The notes under the pieces were generated by a model. It was not told the origin of the DNA. It made no database searches and saw only the letters and a list, made by a program, of their open reading frames with translations. A program made the translations under genes and the position numbers. A stretch of DNA of 62,304 bases from an uncultured Alphaproteobacteria bacterium (GTDB lineage: Bacteria > Pseudomonadota > Alphaproteobacteria > JAPULJ01), in the NCBI GenBank assembly GCA_964494065.1, contig CAZBRE010000005.1, positions 1-62,304 on the forward strand. Direction: 5' to 3'. Shown here piece by piece: positions 21,333 through 33,070 of the stretch (the stretch's first letter is position 1; each line of letters begins with the position of its first letter).

Positions 21333-22214
21333 ATGGCGACGTCAAATAGCGCACGTACTGGACAGAGCGATCGTCGATATATTGCCGCGACCATGCGCGC
21401 TCCCTTGCTGGAGCGCGAGGTCGAGGCCGACCTGGCTCGCCGCTGGCTGAAGGACCGCGATGAAGAGGCGCTCCATGAGCTGATCGAGGCCCATGGCCGT
21501 CTCGTGGTTCGCATCGCGGTGGGCTTCAAGGGAAGCGGCCTGCCGGTGGCGGATCTGGTCCAGGAGGGCAATATCGGTCTGATGGAAGCGGCCGAGCGCT
21601 TCGATCCCGAGCGCAATGTGCGGTTTTCCACCTACGCCACCTGGTGGATCGTCGCCGGCATCCAGAACTATATCCTCCGCAATTCCTCGATCGTCAGGGC
21701 CGCGACGACCCCCAAGCAGCGCCGCCTGTTCTTCAATCTCCGGCGCCTGCGGGCTCGTCATGCTGCCCGCTTCGATGGCCGCCTATCCTCCGACGACCGC
21801 GAGATGATCGCCGAGCGGCTCGGCGCCACCGTGGCCGAGATCGAGCGAATGGAGGCGCATGTCGCACGCTCCGATCAGTCGCTCAATACGCCGATCGGCG
21901 ATGATGAGGCGATCGAACAAATCGACCTCTTGGCCGATGGGTCCCCAAATCCCGAAGATATCGAAGTGTCGGCGAGCGGCCGGCGCGCCCGCTCAGATTG
22001 GATCGACAAGGCGCTCGATCGGTTGAGCACGCGGGAGCGCGAGATTATCGCCCAGCGCTTCCTGGCCGAGCGCCGCATTACCTTGGCGGAGATCGGCGAG
22101 AATTTCGGTGTCAGTAAGGAACGGGTTCGGCAAATCGAGGGCCGCGCGCTCCAGAAGATGCACGCGACCTTGAGTGAGTATATCGATCGTCCCGACGAGC
22201 TATTCGACGTTTGA
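21333..22214 (+). CDS. rpoH: RNA polymerase sigma-32 family factor (RpoH2-like)
   Basis: DLVQEGNIGLMEAAERFDP...RFSTYATWWI; RpoH box QRRLFFNLR; region 4 GVSKERVRQIE. Confidence 0.9.
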   Translation: MATSNSARTGQSDRRYIAATMRAPLLEREVEADLARRWLKDRDEEALHELIEAHGRLVVRIAVGFKGSGLPVADLVQEGNIGLMEAAERFDPERNVRFSTYATWWIVAGIQNYILRNSSIVRAATTPKQRRLFFNLRRLRARHAARFDGRLSSDDREMIAERLGATVAEIERMEAHVARSDQSLNTPIGDDEAIEQIDLLADGSPNPEDIEVSASGRRARSDWIDKALDRLSTREREIIAQRFLAERRITLAEIGENFGVSKERVRQIEGRALQKMHATLSEYIDRPDELFDV

Positions 22215-22240
22215 GCTGATCTCGACGTTTGAGTTGATCT
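22205..22240. repeat. Tandem 18-bp duplication (2 copies, 17/18 identical) spanning the sigma-factor stop codon
   Basis: CGACGTTTGAGCTGATCT CGACGTTTGAGTTGATCT. Confidence 0.85.
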
Positions 22241-22244
22241 GGCC

Positions 22245-22724
22245 TTACGCAGCCTGCGTGCTGGACTGAAGGAAGCCGGGCTGGCTAGCCGCCCGCGTCC
22301 AAAACTGCTCGAGCGTGCGAAGGTTCTTGATCATCGCCTCGAGATCTTCCGTCGACATAACGCCGTCGCCCAAAGCACGCGCGTGGTTGGTGAACAGCTT
22401 TTTCAGCTGCTCGGCCAGCTCGCGCCCCTTGTCGGACAAACGCACCCGAACCGAACGCCGATCGCGCGGCGAACGCTCCTGCTGAACATAGCCGTATTCG
22501 ACCAGCTTCTTCAGATTGTAGGTGACGTTGGTGCCAAGGTAATAGCCGCGCGCCGTCAGTTCGCCCACGGTCAATTCGTCGGTCCCGATATTGAACAGGA
22601 TCAAGCCCTGGACGTTGTTGATGTCGTCAACGCCCAATCGATCGAGCTCACTGCGCAGGACATCGAGGAACTGCCGGTGCAGCCGCTCGATCATGCTGAA
22701 TGCTTCTCGGTATACGTGCTCCAC
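22245..22724 (-). CDS. MarR-family regulator, LdtR-like
   Basis: IERLHRQFLDVLRSELDRLGVDDINNVQGLILFNIG...GYYLGTNVTYNLKKLVE...DRRSVR; GTG start at 22724 inferred (frame is open to 23129). Confidence 0.85.
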   Translation of the reverse strand: MEHVYREAFSMIERLHRQFLDVLRSELDRLGVDDINNVQGLILFNIGTDELTVGELTARGYYLGTNVTYNLKKLVEYGYVQQERSPRDRRSVRVRLSDKGRELAEQLKKLFTNHARALGDGVMSTEDLEAMIKNLRTLEQFWTRAASQPGFLQSSTQAA

Positions 22725-22774
22725 GGCCAAGTCCGATGTGTTGGGTTGCCTGAAGCGATGGTAGGAATTGCGCC

Positions 22775-22789
22775 TTAAAATATCCTTAA
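22775..22789. promoter_or_regulatory. CtrA-type binding site
   Basis: TTAA-AATATCC-TTAA (TTAA-N7-TTAA) about 50 bp upstream of the inferred LdtR-like start. Confidence 0.55.
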
Positions 22790-23145
22790 GCTTTTGAGGT
22801 GGGCTGGCGGATTCAGGGCCGATCACAGGCGTTGGATCGACGTTTTCGCCCAGTGGCCCAGAGCCTTTGAAAGCGCGCAAAATCCGTACGGAATCCTTTG
22901 AATTTGCAGCGTTGGTCAGGCGCCCCGAATAGGGCCGCCGGGCCTCCGGGAGCCGCCGGCGGTAACACTTCCCTAACCAATTCCTCGCTTTCTCCAAAGC
23001 CGGTCGTCGAGCGGTTCGAATTCGCTCATTTCGATCCTTTTGCTCGAAATCGAGGCCTGTTTTGGGCACGCGGCGGCCGTTATAAGACGTATGGCGGTCG
23101 TAATGGCCGCTGACATCGGTCGGCGGCATCGAGAGAGGCGAATCC

Positions 23146-23622
23146 TTGGTGACCTATTCCATCGGCCGTGACGAGGCGAACGACATCGTCATCGAGGACC
23201 TCTCGGTCTCCCGCCGTCATGCCCGCATAGAAGAGCTTGGCGACGGCCAATACGTCGTCATCGATCTGGGCAGCGCCAATGGCTGCTACGTCGAGCAATC
23301 CGCGGACTGGCAGCAGTTCGCCGAAGCCGAGGTGAAGGCCACCGAGGCCCTCATGCTGGGCGAATACCAAACCACCGCCCGAGACCTGATTCGACGAGTC
23401 GCCAAGCCGCGCCCGCCCGGCGCCACGGTCATCGCCTCGGCGGAGGAGACCCAACGAAGCATCGATCGAGAGGCGGTCGGGCCCACCACGCCTCGAGAAA
23501 CGCTCGGATCGGTCTGGTCCCGATTTCCGCAATACCAGAAAATTGCGGTCATCGTCATTGCGGCGGTGCTGGGTCTACTGATCGCCGCCGCCATAACAAT
23601 CGGGTTTCTGGGCGGCTTGTAG
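23146..23622 (+). CDS. FHA-domain protein with a C-terminal membrane anchor
   Basis: IGR...SVSRRHA...DLGSANG FHA signature; terminal hydrophobic IAVIVIAAVLGLLIAAAITIGF. Confidence 0.85.
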   Translation: MVTYSIGRDEANDIVIEDLSVSRRHARIEELGDGQYVVIDLGSANGCYVEQSADWQQFAEAEVKATEALMLGEYQTTARDLIRRVAKPRPPGATVIASAEETQRSIDREAVGPTTPRETLGSVWSRFPQYQKIAVIVIAAVLGLLIAAAITIGFLGGL

Positions 23623-23640
23623 GCGAGCGTCGGGCCCATC

Positions 23641-24279
23641 ATGACAAACCGCGAGGGCCCCTCCCACGATTGGGTGACCTACTACGAGCGAACCGCCAAC
23701 CGGCCCCCGCGCTCGACCTTGCGTTTCGCCTTGCGGCGATTTGATGCCGATTGGCAGACAAAACCGAAGCCTGCGTCACCGCTCGCAGTGGATCTTGGGT
23801 GCGGTGGCGGGCGCGATACCATGGAGCTGCTTCGCCGGGGTTGGCGCGTTTTGGCCATAGACGCCGCAACCGCCTCGATCGAGGCGCTTGAAGAGGCGGC
23901 CGCTTCATTCGGCCCAAAAGCTTTGACCGCTCAGGCCCAAAGATTCGAAGACGTCGACCTACCCGCCGCTACCTTGATCAATTCGAGCTTTGCCCTGCCC
24001 TTATGCCCGCCTGGTGCATTTCACGAACTCTGGGCCCGGATCGTCGATGCCCTAGAGCCCGGCGGCCGGTTCTGCGGTCAGTTCTTTGGTGATCGCGACA
24101 GTTGGGCCGCACCCGGATCGGGCAAATCCGGCATTACGTTCTTGAAGCGCTCCGAAGCCGAGGCGCTTTTGGCCGCGTTGGAAACCGAAAGGTTTCTCGA
24201 GGAAGAAACCGAAGCCGAACGGCCAGTGGGCCAGAGCAAGCACTGGCACATCTTTCACATCGTCGCCAGGAAGCCGTAA
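23641..24279 (+). CDS. Class I SAM-dependent methyltransferase
   Basis: VDLGCGGGRD motif I, VLAIDA motif II, LEPGGRFCGQFFG. Confidence 0.88.
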   Translation: MTNREGPSHDWVTYYERTANRPPRSTLRFALRRFDADWQTKPKPASPLAVDLGCGGGRDTMELLRRGWRVLAIDAATASIEALEEAAASFGPKALTAQAQRFEDVDLPAATLINSSFALPLCPPGAFHELWARIVDALEPGGRFCGQFFGDRDSWAAPGSGKSGITFLKRSEAEALLAALETERFLEEETEAERPVGQSKHWHIFHIVARKP

Positions 24280-24335
24280 GCGAACGCCAAAATGGTCGAT
24301 GGAACTGACGGGTCCAACCGACCGATACGATTGGC

Positions 24336-24378
24336 TCACACACCAGCGCGCCGCCAATTTGGCAGCGCGCTCGTGTGA
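24336..24378. terminator. Long stem-loop between convergent genes
   Basis: TCACAC-acc-AGCGCGCCGCC-aattt-GGCAGCGCGCT-c-GTGTGA; no clear U-tract. Confidence 0.5.
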
Positions 24379-24417
24379 CTAGGAAATGAAATAAACCGGG
24401 TTCGGTCCGCCGCCGGC

Positions 24418-24570
24418 TCAGCCGCGGCGCCAAGCCTCAGTGCTTTTGCACTTCGGGCAAATCCGATTGTGGGCGCCATCGGACTGGAAGCGGGTGCTGC
24501 ACATCAAGCACTTCCGCTCCTTCCGTGTGTCCACTTCCACGGTCTCCTTCAACTGCTCTTGTGTTTCCAT
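24418..24570 (-). CDS. 50-aa C4 zinc-ribbon protein (absent from the ORF track)
   Basis: METQEQLKETVEVDTRKERKCLMCSTRFQSDGAHNRICPKCKSTEAWRRG*; GGGAG SD just before the ATG. Confidence 0.85.
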   Translation of the reverse strand: METQEQLKETVEVDTRKERKCLMCSTRFQSDGAHNRICPKCKSTEAWRRG

Positions 24571-24653
24571 TACTCCCAACCCCTTGTCCCCAACAACTCT
24601 GATCCCATAACCGGCGTCTTCTGCGCCTTGGGCAGAAAACCTTTATATACCAA

Positions 24654-24872
24654 CTATTTGTGCCTGTAAACAATACGGCCCTTTGAAAGATCGTAGGGCG
24701 TCATTTCAACGTCGACCTTGTCGCCGGCAAGAATACGAATTCTGAATTTTCTGAGCTTACCCGCCGCGTGAGCGATGATCTCGTGGCCATTGTCGAGGAG
24801 GACCCGAAACATGGCATTCGGCAAGACTTCGGTGATTTCACCGCTAAACTTGATCGCTTCTTCCTTCGCCAC
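24654..24872 (-). CDS. infA: Translation initiation factor IF-1 (divergent/paralogue-like)
   Basis: [24 protein letters not shown]...[26 protein letters not shown]; GTG start after AGGAG. Confidence 0.93.
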   Translation of the reverse strand: MAKEEAIKFSGEITEVLPNAMFRVLLDNGHEIIAHAAGKLRKFRIRILAGDKVDVEMTPYDLSKGRIVYRHK

Positions 24873-25116
24873 GGAAACTCCTTTCGCCGTTAACCCTTTT
24901 GCTTCTGATTACTTCTGGCGGCCCTGAGCCGCCGAACTGCGTCAATAATGGTGCCCGCGGCAAGTGCGCCGCCACGGTTAACACTGTTTCGTTCGGATCG
25001 CCCCGAAGCATCGGGACAGTACTGACCTGGTTCCCAATGGGAACACGCACCGCCAAGCTATTACCTAGCCGGGCGATGTTCGAAAAGCAAGGCTCGGACC
25101 GTTAACCTTATCGCAT

Positions 25117-25590
25117 TCAGGCCATGCGTCTGCGGATGATCGCGCACAATTTGTAGCTCATGACAACCTCATCCACTTGATTGAGCGCCGCCACATCGAA
25201 AACGACGCGGCCGCAGTCGGCTGGCAGACGGTCTGTGGAGGTTTCCAGAACGCCTACTCTCAGATGGATGGCATCGCCCGGCCGGACCGGCCGTAGCCAG
25301 CGAAGATCCTCCAGCCCCTCGGACGACAAACCGGTGCCGCGGAGAAACTCTTCCTCAAGTAATTTGACAAACGTCTCGCTTAAAACCTGCCAGCCACTGG
25401 AAATTAGTCCGCCGAACATTGTTCCGCGCGCGTAGTCCGGATCGGTGTGAAATGGCTGGGGATCATAGAGGTGCGCGAATGCGAGGATCGTATCGTCGCG
25501 GACCTCGATCGGGTTTGACCGGATTGTATCGCCGGGTCCAAACTCCTCAAAGAAACGCCCCGACTTAGTCGCTCCCGTCTCGGGCGCCAC
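25117..25590 (-). CDS. MaoC-family dehydratase
   Basis: FFEEFGPG...FAHLYDPQPFHTD...GLISSGW...LRWLRPVRPGD. Confidence 0.88.
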   Translation of the reverse strand: MAPETGATKSGRFFEEFGPGDTIRSNPIEVRDDTILAFAHLYDPQPFHTDPDYARGTMFGGLISSGWQVLSETFVKLLEEEFLRGTGLSSEGLEDLRWLRPVRPGDAIHLRVGVLETSTDRLPADCGRVVFDVAALNQVDEVVMSYKLCAIIRRRMA

Positions 25591-25597
25591 CCCCCGC

Positions 25598-25957
25598 TTA
25601 CCCTTTTTGCGCCGCGACGGCCCTTGGCTTGTTGGCCTGCATGCTTTTCACCCGTCCGACACAGATCGCCCCCGCGGCAATCTCGACGATGTCGTCGGCG
25701 ATGATGTCCCCCTCGATCCGCGCCGTCTCGGAAAGCCGGACGCTGACGGCCTTGATGTTGCCGGTCACGCGCCCGTGAATGACGGCGTGTTTGACCGCCA
25801 CGTTGCCGATGATCTCCGCCGCCTCGGACATCTCCAACCGCTCGCAGCGGAGGTCGATCTCCAGCCGGCCATGGACTTCGATCGATCCTTCCGATTCGAT
25901 CGTGCCAACTAGGCGCACGCCGGTCCCGAGGATTGTGGGTACGGTCTGTTCAGTCAT
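25598..25957 (-). CDS. Bactofilin (polymer-forming cytoskeletal protein)
   Basis: TILGTGVRLVGTIESEGSIEVHG...IHGRVTGNI...ARIEGDI...IAAGAICVG beta-helix pattern. Confidence 0.88.
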   Translation of the reverse strand: MTEQTVPTILGTGVRLVGTIESEGSIEVHGRLEIDLRCERLEMSEAAEIIGNVAVKHAVIHGRVTGNIKAVSVRLSETARIEGDIIADDIVEIAAGAICVGRVKSMQANKPRAVAAQKG

Positions 25958-26113
25958 GATGGGAGGCTCGGGCCCCGTCCTTGCTGTGTCTCACCCGAAC
26001 TGGAGGCCAATTCCAGCGCCGCTAGGCTAACGCCGATGGGCCGACGGGTTAAGGAAAAAACTCCCTCACCGGGACCGTTGATTTCCAAGCATCAATTTTG
26101 GAGAAACATCCTG

Positions 26114-26434
26114 TTATTTGCAGCGGGCATTGCTCGCATATGGCGTGAAGAAAACCTTCAGATCCGCGCTGCTGGCGTATTTCACGTAGAAGATCTTGAG
26201 ATTGGCGCCGCTCGCATACTTCACGAAGAACCATTTGGCCGGGCCTTTCGCGTTCGAGCGATACTTCGAACGCCAAATGACGCAATCGGCGTTGCTGGCA
26301 TACTTGGTAACGAACACCTTTTTATCGGCCTGGCTCGCATATTTTGCCACAAACACGGCGTCCGCCCACGCGGAGGCCCCAGTCGCCGCAATGAGCAAAC
26401 TTGCTGTCGCCACGATCGCGATCAGCCGACCCAA
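26114..26434 (-). CDS. Secreted protein with six KYASxAD-type repeats (DUF6150-like)
   Basis: GGAGG SD before TTG 26434; signal peptide ending ASAWA; repeats VFVAKYASQADKK, VFVTKYASNADCV, ... Confidence 0.75.
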   Translation of the reverse strand: MGRLIAIVATASLLIAATGASAWADAVFVAKYASQADKKVFVTKYASNADCVIWRSKYRSNAKGPAKWFFVKYASGANLKIFYVKYASSADLKVFFTPYASNARCK

Positions 26435-26502
26435 TGACTTACCTCCGCCGACCGGACGAAGAGCGCAACCGCTACATAATTCGTTTGTCACGAGCCGAGC
26501 GC

Positions 26503-31083
<4,581 letters not shown>

Positions 31084-31205
31084 CCGCAGACGACGGCCCT
31101 TCCCACCGAGCGGACGGCTACCGTCCCCCCCAGGCAATCGCGTCCAATTTGAACGGCCCGGTCACGGCAAAGCGACCGGGCCGTATGGATCATCAGCGTT
31201 ATGCG

Positions 31206-31742
31206 TCAGGCCGCCTTCTCGTTTTCAACGCCGCGCAGATAAGCGAGCATCGTATCGGCGTCGGAAACCTCGAAGGGATCGATCGGGCAGTCATCCTCGA
31301 AGCCCGGCTCGGCGAAAACCTTCTTGACCTCGCCGTCCTCGATCAAGGCCGAGTAGCGCCACGAGCGCTGACCGAAACCGAGATTGTCCTTCTTCACCAG
31401 CATGTCCATGCCGCGGGTGAACGCCGCCGAGCCATCCGGCAGCAGCTTCACCTTTTCCACGCCCAGCGACTGGCCCCACTGAAACATCACGAAGGCGTCG
31501 TTGACGCTGAGGCAATAGACCTCGTCGATGCCCTGCGCCTTGAACTCGTCATAGAGCTCCTCGAAGCGCGGCAGATGCGTCGTCGAGCAGGTCGGCGTGA
31601 ACGCGCCAGGCAGAGCAAACAAAACGACACGCTTGCCGGCAAAGATCTCGTCGCTGGTCACATCCTCCCAGCGGAACGGGTTCGGGCCTTCGACCGTCTC
31701 GTCGCGAACGCGGGTCTTGAATGTCACAGTGGGAACTCGCAT
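31206..31742 (-). CDS. Peroxiredoxin (Prx5 subfamily)
   Basis: [10 protein letters not shown] peroxidatic motif, [16 protein letters not shown]; start ATG 31742. Confidence 0.93.
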   Translation of the reverse strand: MRVPTVTFKTRVRDETVEGPNPFRWEDVTSDEIFAGKRVVLFALPGAFTPTCSTTHLPRFEELYDEFKAQGIDEVYCLSVNDAFVMFQWGQSLGVEKVKLLPDGSAAFTRGMDMLVKKDNLGFGQRSWRYSALIEDGEVKKVFAEPGFEDDCPIDPFEVSDADTMLAYLRGVENEKAA

Positions 31743-31849
31743 AGGATCGCCTCCTCTCACACAGTCACGGAAACAAGGTCAGGGCGACGTGCCGCCAGCC
31801 CTTGAGTGCCTCTGTGAGACTATGTAATGATCCTATTTTATAATACAAC

Positions 31850-31864
31850 TAAGAATTATTCTTA
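31850..31864. promoter_or_regulatory. Fur-family (PerR/Irr-like) 7-1-7 palindrome upstream of the peroxiredoxin
   Basis: TAAGAAT-T-ATTCTTA within a very AT-rich stretch. Confidence 0.5.
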
Positions 31865-32194
31865 ATTTAATATCTATTGATTATGACTATATTTCAATGT
31901 GTTGATCGGCATCCGCGCAGATGCGCCCGCTTGGTCCAGCCATTTCTCGATCGTGCCGCGTGGGCGCGCTGCCGCGCCCGTGAAGCCCGGCCTGGCCGCC
32001 GCGATGGGCTGACGGCCTCAATCACAAAGCGCCCGCCAATCGTTCGGCTTGCGCCTCGCGTAGCTCGGCCGGGCGGGCGTGGAAAAGTCTTGCGTCCATC
32101 CGCACAGCATAGGCAAATCCTCGGCGCCCAAGAACGCTACAGACCTTGGCGTACGGCCAAAGCGATCATCAATCCCCCAACGAAGCAAAGGCCG

Positions 32195-33061
32195 ATGCCA
32201 ACCGCCTATGTCACCGGGATCATTCTGATCGTCAGCTCGACCTTCTTTCTGAGCCTGTCGGGCGTCATCGTGCGCGCGCTAACGGTCGACGAGTGGACGA
32301 TCGTGTTCTGGCGCTCGGCGTTCATGACGCTGACCATGCTGATCTTAATGGCGGTTATCAAACGCGGCCGGATCGCCGCAGCGTTCCGCGAGGCAGGCCG
32401 CGCTGGCCTCTATTCCGGCATCGCAATCGGCCTTGCAATCATCTGCTACATTTTTTCCATCAGTCGGACGACCGTGGCGAACACGCTTGTGTTGGTCGCC
32501 GCCGCTCCGCTGTTTGCAGCGGCGCTGGGCATGGTCATGCTGAAGGAGCGCGTGACGCCACGCAGCTGGGCCGCGATCGCGATCGCCTGCGGCGGGATTG
32601 CGTTGATGTTTCTGGAGCGCATGGGCTCGGGCGAGCTCTTCGGCAACCTGCTCGCGATCGTTGCTGCCGTCCTCTACGCCTTCAGCATCGTGGTAATGCG
32701 CGGCAGCGGAGAGGTCAATTTGATCCCCGCCATCTGCATCGCCGGCATTGTATCGGCAGCGATCACCCTGCCGTACGCCGACTTAGCCAGCGTCCCCGTC
32801 CGCGATATGGGCATCCTCGCCGCGATGGGCGTCGGGCAGATGGGGCTCGGCCTCGTCCTGTTCGTGTTCGGCGCACAACGTCTTCCGCCGGCCGAGACTG
32901 CGTTGCTGGCACTCACCGAAACCATACTGGCGCCGCTCTGGGTGTGGCTCGCCATCAACGAGGTTCCGAGCGACTGGGCGCTCATCGGCGGCGGCGTATT
33001 GTTCGCCGCCGTGCTCACGAACACTGCACTGTCATTGCGCCGAGGGCCACGCTTCGGCTAA
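32195..33061 (+). CDS. DMT/EamA-family transporter
   Basis: About ten hydrophobic segments in two repeats; LKERV, ETILAPLWVWL; start ATG 32195. Confidence 0.88.
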   Translation: MPTAYVTGIILIVSSTFFLSLSGVIVRALTVDEWTIVFWRSAFMTLTMLILMAVIKRGRIAAAFREAGRAGLYSGIAIGLAIICYIFSISRTTVANTLVLVAAAPLFAAALGMVMLKERVTPRSWAAIAIACGGIALMFLERMGSGELFGNLLAIVAAVLYAFSIVVMRGSGEVNLIPAICIAGIVSAAITLPYADLASVPVRDMGILAAMGVGQMGLGLVLFVFGAQRLPPAETALLALTETILAPLWVWLAINEVPSDWALIGGGVLFAAVLTNTALSLRRGPRFG

Positions 33062-33070
33062 CTAAGCCAT

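Noticed and set aside
24437-24673. 78-aa minus and 66-aa plus ORFs over the infA downstream region
   Set aside because: Both overlap the better-supported 50-aa zinc-ribbon gene (SD, four Cys) in another frame and have no features of their own.
31900-32194. Possible small ORF or sRNA between the peroxiredoxin and EamA genes
   Set aside because: Manual translation of the minus-strand frames gave only short featureless peptides and no convincing terminator.
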